DNA of 44,288 bases from Geosiphon pyriformis uo1 (taxonomy: Eukaryota; Fungi; Glomeromycota). The stretch spans positions 3,953 through 48,240 of the forward strand of contig JAAOMT010000532.1 in assembly GCA_016748015.1 (NCBI GenBank). Direction: 5' to 3'. Both the position numbers and the translations under genes were made by a program. Positions 35,427 to 44,288 of this stretch are shown here, piece after piece. Numbering within the stretch: position 1 is the first letter of the stretch; every line of letters starts with the position of its first letter. Under the pieces are notes generated by a model. That model searched no databases and had not been told where the DNA came from. It worked only from the letters and a program-made list of their open reading frames with translations.

Positions 35427-38400
35427 TTAGAGCCACATTGAAAGCTCGTATCTTTCGTAGTTGTTACGCTCATCATCTTCTATACGAGAGTAATAAGGAA
35501 TCAAAGCATCTTGAGCACCAATATACAATTGGTTATAAATCTTCCAGTATATTTCGCGCACCTTGCGAGCAGGATGAAAAAGCCCCTTGAATTTATTAAT
35601 TTATGGTGAGCCAAAACACAAAGTCTTTACAATTATCCGGGATATAATTGATTATCATACCTGTAAAACATATTGCAATACCGTAGAAGGCCCGAGCGCC
35701 ACACGCAAACCTTCAATTGCTTCCATAACTGCATTAATGACATGTGGTGAAGTTTCAAAAATGTTTGGCCAGACGTAATTCAAGAGATGAAGAAGAGCGT
35801 CTTCACATCCTAGTCCAAACACACCGAGCGACATATCTTTTGTAAGAAAATGTGCGAAGCAAACAAAAAATGTATCAGGGAAGCAGATCAATTGTTTTTC
35901 AAGAATATAAGATTCAAAATGATTAAAAAATAATAATTTACGTTTCACCGTAGTACATGCGGTCTGTCGATGGACCAAATCTCGATCCATCAAAGCATCT
36001 TCTAATAATGGGGTAACCGCATATATATAATCTTTACCCATTTCACCTATATACTCAAATAGAAAAGAAAGAGACTAAAGAATATACGAGATGGAGTCAA
36101 ATTAATAGTCACATGGTAAGGAAATAATAATACTGCATTCTGGATGAACACAGAATTGAGTATTGTACCTTCAGGACTCCATTCTGAACATTCAGTTCTG
36201 GGACACGATATTCATTCATTAACGCAGGTAGAACAGTAAACGGGGCACAAGTTTCAGCCACAATAGCTAAAATTTAATGAAGAAATGGTAAGAAAAGCTA
36301 ATTACAAAATTAACAGTGTTTTAGAAGTTCTTTTGATACGCACCTATAGCGACAGTGGTACAAACCCTGTTTTGGCGCTCTTGAACCTTTAAATTATTTA
36401 ATAAAGTAGCCAGAACGTCTTGTGGGCCAATTGCCTTGGCAATATATCCAAAAGTGTTAACAGTTGCCCGGCGAATACCCTTTTTGTGGGCCTTCAACAT
36501 ATCCAATAATTCAAAGCAAATACGCATCCACTCCCTAGCAGAAACAAACTCTGCCCCCCGATCAGCAATACGACCAACCAAATCAATACAATTATGAACA
36601 ACAACACCGTTTGCTAAGAAAGACTCGAAAACTGGCACAGAGATATCATATACTGGTTCTCTTCCGTTTTTGCAAATATCTATAACTTTTAGGCGCATAG
36701 TAGGGAAGCTTTTGAGAGCCTTGTCTAAGAGAAACTGCGAAGGTTGTTGGTCCGATTGAGAGTTCGCAAACCATGACGAAGCATTTATTTCTGCGAGGAA
36801 AGCCAGATGCCCCGGTAGACAGCGTTTTTGATCATAATGAGAGATAAAATTCTTGCTTATAATACTTTTTTGGTGAAGTTTTGATTGACGGCGCCAATAT
36901 ACGCTGGCCGCTGATAAGCGAAGTTCTTTTACGATAGAGTATCGGAATCCAATGTTTTCAGCAAAATCGAGATTGCTAGTCACCTCAAAATGTATAAGGG
37001 TCAAACCAGAAGATAAATTGTTCCCTAACGAATTAAAGGAGACACAAGTTGTTTGAATACCGAACATTCGTAGTAAGTGTTTAACATCCTTCATATATTT
37101 CGTCGTAGCAGAGATGTTTTCAGCTTGAGTACACTCTGACAAAATAACGTGAGATATAGAGTCGGTTTGGCAGCATGGCGCAACCGCTTTTCCGCCAAAA
37201 TGCCCAGCAATGAATTCTCGGAGTACGGCTTTGGGACAATCTTTCTCTTTAACAAATGAAGGTAATAGGAAGCTTTGGTATGAAGAACCAAATGAAAGGT
37301 TTATCATTGCCTCAGCTAAATCAATAGGAATTTGAATTATCCAATCTTTATCTTCAAGAAAACCGATTTCAGGCCGTGTCCCGGTCAATAATTCGATATC
37401 GTCAACTAAACGTTCTGCATCGTATTCATAAAAACCTCGGGCAAATATTTGAGAATTTCTCGAGTGCCAATTGCTTTTGCTTGTCACATATCCAAATAGA
37501 CGAGCAAAAGCCAAGAGTTCCTCACGCTTGTTAGCGGTCGTGGCATCGAAGGAATATTTCCCACAATTTAAGATATAGTCATGCTCATCAACCTCAGGCT
37601 GATCGACCGGCCCTTCCATCCCGATAGATAAATAAGTTTTATTAGCCAAAAGATTTCGGGCCTCGACCCAGTCTCCAGAATCAGTCAGCAGCCTATGATC
37701 AGGAGTACATTTTATGACCCGACCATCGCTTAAAGTGATTTTTAGAGTTTCTTTGATGCCTTGATCAAGCCAACGGGATTGTTTTCCAACTCCCAAGGCA
37801 GCTTCCTGAGCAATCCATGTGTAAACTTTTACATTCATGGCTTTAAGGTTATCAATTCGACGGGATATTCCACATTTGAGTAATACAGGCATATCCCCAG
37901 TTAAGCAAGATTCCTAAAGTTAGTTAATTCAATATATTAATGTTTAAACAGGATATTTAAAGGTTTGAGAGGAAAAATATTACTGCGACATTGGAACTCA
38001 TGATATCCAAATCTTTATTTATTTAAAGCCATCTATGCTGTTAAAATAATTACAAAATTAAAATGAAGAAGAATACATACCTCGACTTTTTCATGCCGAT
38101 TTTTAAGAATTGGAGTAAGCCGAGGAAGCAAATCTTTAATTGGAGGAGTCATGCTTGACATTCCAATAACATTAACGATTGATTTTAAGCCACCTAAAAT
38201 GGATCCAAGGACTTCTGGATACTCCTCTCCAAGGTACTCGTATAGTACGACACCAAGATGGCCCATTAGTTTTTCCTCACCGCAGTTTTTCATCACGACC
38301 GCAATTCGTGAAATCAGATCCGCAGCTTGTTGACGAACTTTAGCTGATTTATTATTAAGACGCCACAGAATTGTGGAGGTGATTTGTTGAAGATAAGGCT

Positions 38401-41134
38401 TTACTCTAAGGCCCAAAGCATTAACTACAGTGCCAAATCCGTTGAGCATGACAATATCTTCAACCGTTTGTTCTTGAAAAGCATAGAGGATACCATCGAT
38501 CAGTACTTCTTCAAGACGAGTATCGATATCGGCAGCTCCTAATTGACTGACTACCTTCTCAACTGTTTCCATAACCATTTTACGATAGGGTTCTGATTCA
38601 TCTTTGAGATCTTCAACAATACGACCAACGATTTCGGTGACGCCTACTTTTTGAGCCAGCTCTACAGTGGTTTCAACAACCTGTCTATAGTTACGTCGAT
38701 CAAGGGCCATACGACGAACCCAGAAGTTTTTAAAGAATTCAGGCAATATTTCTTCTTTAATGTATTGTGGTTGAACCCCATCGGTCGCAGCGCATTGCTT
38801 AACAACTTTTAAGACAATTTTCTTCATCTCTTCGTCAGGCGATTGAAATTCACGTATCAAAATAATCATAACCTCTTTAGTGTAATAATTGGCATATTCG
38901 GCATCCATCAAGGGTATGATGTAGCCTATGGCTTTTAAAAAGGCAGCAAGCCCTTTTCCACGATGCTTTCTGATTCCAGTCCATAGGGGTTTCAGTACAG
39001 AGTCGAAGGATTCAATGCCGTAAGGTGCCGCAGCTTCGGCTAGAGCTGCGATTGCCAAGGCTGTAATAGTACGGACCTTTTGTTGTTCGTCCTAATGTAA
39101 AAATAAAATAGAAAATGAGTAGATGCATAAACAACTGACTGATAGATTGGATTACAGAGGGACAAAGAACTAAAATAATATACCGACATACCTCTAGACC
39201 ATGAGCAATGGCTTCGACAAGGTTTTTCAAATGGGGCAAGACTGCACAACCCATTAGTATTGCAATTTGTTGAACTATTTTTATACCAGTATGCCTAGCC
39301 TGCCATGATTTTTTACTTTTACACACAGCTTTTAAGAAAGGAAGTAGAGCGGGAATCCCGTGCGCCGATGCTACAACTGAAAAGGCTCGAGCAGTAGTAT
39401 TACGCACATATTCATCCACGTGATCGATATCTAATAAGAGAGCCATGATTGTATTATAAATAGGTTCTCAACAAAAAAGTGTAAAAACAAGCAATACAAT
39501 CGTGAAAAAATATTACCTGGTCTCATTGTAGCTATCATTGTGGGTAGCCCAGCGGCTTTGCTTAGATTACTAATGATTTCACGACCCTCTGTAAAAATGA
39601 GTAGTGATTAGAATAAACATTTGCTGTCCTAAGATAGGATCGAACCAAGCAATAATATTTTAGGCTTCAAAAATATGTAGATAATACTTGCCGCATCTAG
39701 CGAAATAATCTTCATCAATCAAAAGGGGCTCGATTACAACTAAAATTTTATGGACATAAGGACGAACCAATGCGTCCAATTTATATAATATACGATCAAT
39801 AACCTTAACAAGCAAGTGTCTTTCCTGATCTTCAAGATTTTGTGACATTAATAGAGGAAGAATCTGATTGAATAAAGGCCCTGCGCCAAAGTCCCTCGCC
39901 TTATCAGTAATTTGTCGCAAAGCGGTTTTTCTCATTGGTGGCGTTCCATTTTTAATCTTGAGCAAAAGACGCATTATTTTGCGCTCTTTAAGCTCTTCAA
40001 CAGATAATTCGCTTTCATCTTTATCATCAAGCAATTTTCCAAAATGTTGCATATCTTCTTGTTTAAAGAAGGGTAAATTCCCTACGCCAGGTATTTCGGC
40101 GGGCAAATCATAAGTTTGGTTTCGATCTTCTTCTAGCATCACAAATCCCTCAGAGGCCATTGGAGTAGGTGTAGCCATAAGTTTGCGGGCAGCAGTACGG
40201 ATTGGAACATATCCGGATGGAGGATCAAGAATTTTGTAACCACTTGGGGGGAACATGGCATCCAGTTCTTCATCGGTGAGAGGCCTGTTACGCGCATCTA
40301 AATCCTTTTCCCAGCGTTGAGCTGAGGTAATATTTTGATTAGATTTGATTGCATTTTTTTTTAATACTTTGGCGTTTTAGTTAGATAGACAAAATATACC
40401 TTCAGGAGTCATTGGAGCCAAATGGCCTGGTGTTGGCGTGATTAAACCAAGGTTTCCAACGGGAGTGACACCAAATTGAGAATTGCCATTTGCCGGGGTC
40501 TCATCCCATCGAGATTTCTTTGATGAAACCATCGGAGTAACATCCCATCGGCTCCTTTTCCTAGGAGTTTCTACCGCAACATCAGCAGATGCTTTGGGTG
40601 TTTCATCCCATCGAGTTTTTGCATTTAATGCTTCATCATCTGGTTTTGCCCAATCAGAAGTGGGTTTGGGTTCAACAGTTGTTTCCATGTCCCAGCGCCT
40701 TTTTTTTTGGGAGGAGGCTTGTTCGATAGCAGCATCCTTAGCTTCTTTCTTTTTTTCTTCAAGTTTGAGCAAAATTCTTTTCTGTTCTCGTTCAAGCTCA
40801 GCTTCTCTCATGACATCAGCGTAGGAACGGGATTCATCGTTCGCGTCTTCTTCAGCGAATGGGTCGTGACGTTCCGGAGAAATTACCCTGTTCAATCTAC
40901 GTGCATGATAATCACTTTCTCGGTCTACTATTCTTCGGGAAGTATTTTTTTGAGCAAAAGGGTCTAACTCCTCGCCGTCACTAGCTGCTAGATCATTATA
41001 AATTTCCTCAGGCGCTGTGTAGGAGGCTAGACGTTTTGTCCTTTGTTCAAGTTCCTCTGAAAATGAATTTTTTTTAGGTTAAATTGTGAAAATTCTTAAA
41101 CCATGAATTTATGGACACAACCTTTAGCTGACAT
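35427..41134 (-). CDS. SF3B1: Splicing factor 3B subunit 1 (SF3B1/Hsh155/Prp10), intein-containing. Exons: 41134-41122, 41056-40400, 40321-39692, 39588-39517, 39430-39192, 39091-38081, 37913-36344, 36266-36169, 36074-35942, 35836-35661, 35585-35427. Precursor 1585 aa, ~1146 aa after intein removal.
   Basis: ULM repeats (RWDETP, RWDVTP), [72 protein letters not shown]. My manual splice join gives one open frame of 4758 nt. The 13-nt first exon is the least certain. Confidence 0.96.
36591..37907 (-). mobile_element. 439-aa intein in SF3B1 with a LAGLIDADG-type homing endonuclease remnant
   Basis: In-frame 1317-nt insertion between RHEKVEES and [12 protein letters not shown]. Block [14 protein letters not shown], block [12 protein letters not shown], block F EPVYDISV, block [11 protein letters not shown], +1 Cys. 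Confidence 0.96.
39589..39691 (-). other. GC-AG spliceosomal intron in SF3B1
   Basis: Donor G|GCAAGT and acceptor TTTTACAG| restore the conserved DEDYFAR(C)EGREIISNL. Confidence 0.8.
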
Positions 41135-41656
41135 GGTAGATGTTCAAGAGCCTGTAAGTTTTATGCCGTCACTTAAACTTTTTGCTCTTATTTATGCTTT
41201 CCTTTATGATCAGTGATTAGCAGACCAATCACACAAATATAGCTGACATATAGACGTAATGCAATTATGATGACAGCAACCAGCAATGATTTACAATTCA
41301 TGTGAAATATTATCAACTCAATAAATGAAATTAATTTTATTTGATCGTGTATATAAAACTAAAGGATATACAATAATGAAACATAAAGTTTCAAATGGAT
41401 TTTATACCAATCTTTCTCGGTTTTAATCAGGCCATTTACTACTCAATCTCATAAGCCGGAACCTGTTTGGTAAAGGATATTGTGACAAATAATGTTGATA
41501 ATTTTTAAAGCGCCAGAAGAAAACATCAACAAAAAACCAAGTACCTTTGAAATGATCCCCTTTATTTAAATCACCTACAATTCGCACACAACTGAAAAAG
41601 CAGCATCAGGCATCATAAGCACGACAGTTTCAATCTGCAATCTTATGTGTGGTTAA

Positions 41657-43274
41657 TTATTTCGATGCCGACGGCAAGGCCAACCCTTTGGTTTCATTTT
41701 CTTCGGTCGGTAAAATGAATGGGTTGGTCAAACGGTAATCCTCTCTCTCCTTAATTAAATCCCCATATTCATCTTGGGGTAGTTCGAAAATTTTCTTTTT
41801 AGTCAATATAGGTGGGATTTTTACCCCAAATACCAATGCGGAGCGAGAGCTTTTTCGATATCCGGTAGGTCTTGAAATGTTCAGTCGAATAAAGGTTTTA
41901 ATCCCTGAATGTCTCCCATAGAAATTGTTAGGAGTATTATTGAGGGAATCATTAATCGTTGTCGAATTATCCTTGTATAATCTTTGGTTTTTATTAGAAA
42001 ATTCAATGGCTCTATTAGGATCTTCCTTCTTGGCTCCCTTTGAGCTGATTTTGACTTTCATCTTGCGTTTTAAAGATCCCTCTGTAGCCTTATTATCTGT
42101 ATAATAATCTTCGTTATGCTTTGCAGCAAAAGGAGTAACGGAAATGACTGGTTTTTCCTGATTATCGCTATTTGAATATGCAGAAAATCCAGCAGAATCA
42201 TGGGACGAAATTACAGAATTTGCGTTTTCTGAACTTGAAACGCTGTCCCCACGTTTCCTACGTGGCTTCTTCGTATCCACCCCATATTTTCTATTATCGC
42301 TTTCGCTAGTTTCGCCACTGGTTGTTGTCATTTCTGCCTTTCTCTTCTTTCCTAATCCCAGACCTAATTCATCATATCTCTTAAGAGTGTCTTCCGCCTC
42401 TCTAAGTAGCTTCTTATGCATTAATTCTAGTCCATTTGCATTGATGGAGGAAGACTCTTTATCACTTCGTAAAGCTGCAACTGGTATTAATCGATTCATT
42501 TCCATATTACGAAGCTTTTCAACAGCAAGTTTTTGTTGATATCTCTCGTAAGTTAGTCGTTCAAGTTCACGATTTTTGAGCTTCTTTTCTGCAAGCTCAT
42601 GTTTGCGATGCTGCTTCTCGTATTTGGCTGAAAATATCTCCTCCTATGTATTTTTGATACAGTAATATGAATTCATACCTGAAACTTATTTTCTTTATAT
42701 AGAGTGATTGATCAGCCGCCAAGCCGTGTATAAAAATGATAATTTAAAATATTACCTCTTGTGACTTACTACGCAACCCACTTTCCAGGTCTTCAGTGAA
42801 AAGCGCGAAGGATGCATTCAGTGGTTCTTTATTTTGTATCTGATTTTCGTTCTCAAAACTCTTTGCCTCTCCCTCCCCCTCTTCCTCACTAGTTTTATCC
42901 TCTTCAATTAACTCGCAATCGTGGAGTTCTTGTTCTTCAGGGCTGATCAGGACGATATCTACGCCTGAAAACAAGGTCCTAGTAGCTGCATCTTTGAAGT
43001 AAAAGGTTGAAAATGTAACAGAAAACTTCTCAAGTTGAAGGGTAATGAAATTCAAGTAAAAAAAGACCTTACTGGTTTCTTCAGTTGTTATGTCCAAGGC
43101 CTCCGCCAGTGGACCAAATTTGCGAGGCGGCAGAAATCTTTTTTTATTTGTAGTGACATGGCGTCGCTCACCAGGACTATTGGTTGAATTCATGTTTGCT
43201 TCTCTTGAAGAAGCTTCCTGCTGGGTGAGTATATTTTTGTTCACCAAGTCTGTGGCCGTAGAGTTGTTTTCCAT
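41657..43274 (-). CDS. Intron-containing, probably nuclear protein, possibly with a Sas4-like domain (internal exon boundaries at 42640-43070 unresolved)
   Basis: Open exon frames ~43274-43070, ~42991-42756 and ~42643-41657. YEKQHRKHELAEKKLKNRELERLTYERYQQKLAVEKL and LREAEDTLKRYDEL recall the SAS4 helical domain; basic NLS-like runs; CpG retained as in host genes. Confidence 0.6.
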
Positions 43275-43379
43275 CACTAATAGGCTATAGTTGAGAAAAA
43301 GCGGAATTGTATAAAATTTTGGCACTTATTTACACCTAAAAAAGATATGTCAATATATTATATAATGTGGTTCATGTCA

Positions 43380-44288
43380 CAAATTAACCAATCCCAGGGT
43401 TTTTTTTTGCTTTATACATTTATAAAAGAACACATTAAAAAGACAATAACAATATTACATTTGTGTTAATGTAATTAAGAAAATGCTTTTAAAAAAAATC
43501 AAATTGACTTTTTTCTTATAAAATGTAATAATATTTGTAACATATCAACTTAACAAAATTAAACAATGGTTTTTTTATTAAGTATAATTCAATTATTATT
43601 TATTAAAACCAATTTTGTACATAAACTTAATATTAATAAATACTTTTTACATATATTTATTAATTTAAATCAACTATGTATTTTATTTAATGAATGCAGC
43701 CCAACCACTATCTAATACAAAGAAATAAATTAAATAATCTTAATTAAATATGGCTTATGTACTTACTATATGTAACTAGTTGGGTCAATTAAAACAATAT
43801 TATATACTTATACAAATCTTTATATTATTGTTTATACTTAAAAAAAACAAATAAGCTCTATACAACCCAAAATTAATGGCAAATAATTCAATAATACTAA
43901 ACAAATAAATTATTTTAGCCAATAGAAAATTAAGCAGACTATAAGAAACATTAGACAATACTTTTTTATCACTTACCAGACTATTTTTTTATATTTATTT
44001 TAAATTTAAACTTAAATATTTATAACTTACTGTAATGTTTTTTGGTTAAACCATAAACAAAATTAATTACCACTAATATAGTCTTTTTATTATTATTAAA
44101 AATCAATATTGTTTTATCTATTTAATTTTTAAAAACAAAATTTTTGTACAAGATTACATAAATATTAATATTTAAGATTTTCAAATAAAAAGTATATAAT
44201 ATTAAAAAAAATACTAGAAAATAACCTCTTATTAAAAATTTTTACAGCTTAATATGACCAAACAAAATCTCAAATTATACAAAAGTAT
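43380..44288. other. AT-rich intergenic or decayed-repeat sequence
   Basis: Very low GC, no ORF. Confidence 0.55.

Noticed and set aside
36321-37892. 523-aa ORF as a stand-alone gene or a hedgehog/BIL Hint protein
   Set aside because: Its Met is intein residue 6. The frame extends upstream to a splice acceptor at 37914, and its C-terminal part is SF3B1 running into an intron.
36591-37907. SF3B1 insert as a group I intron with a LAGLIDADG ORF, or as a retained spliceosomal intron
   Set aside because: It is exactly in frame, has no GT/AG at its borders, and is bounded by Cys...His-Asn/Cys with complete Hint motifs
38151-40967. Plus-strand ORFs (38151, 39868, 40483, 40707), also 35587 and 43090
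   Set aside because: Antisense shadows of conserved minus-strand exons

Overview
Eukaryotic, AT-rich fungal DNA. The repeat families and intron style suggest Glomeromycotina/Mucoromycota, but that is inference only. Bases 1-34.7 kb are a graveyard of nested, transition-mutated transposable elements. A LINE (APE-RT-RNase H) is interrupted by Ty3/Gypsy element A, which itself carries an inserted LTR, and by full-length Gypsy element B (4220-25093). B contains solo LTR C, and C contains full-length minus-strand Gypsy element D (10091-19944). Next come an ultra-AT-rich tract and a 2.9-kb IS630/Tc1/mariner-like TIR transposon. Bases 35.4-43.3 kb hold two intact minus-strand host genes. The key observation is an 11-exon gene for the U2 snRNP core protein SF3B1/Hsh155 that carries an in-frame 439-aa intein (37907->36591; CLTGD...TPDH...VYDISV...VVHN/C) with a degenerate LAGLIDADG domain. 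The intein is inserted in the HEAT repeats just upstream of the branch-point pocket and 6 nt from a spliceosomal intron. I know of no described SF3B1 intein; the known spliceosomal intein host is Prp8.
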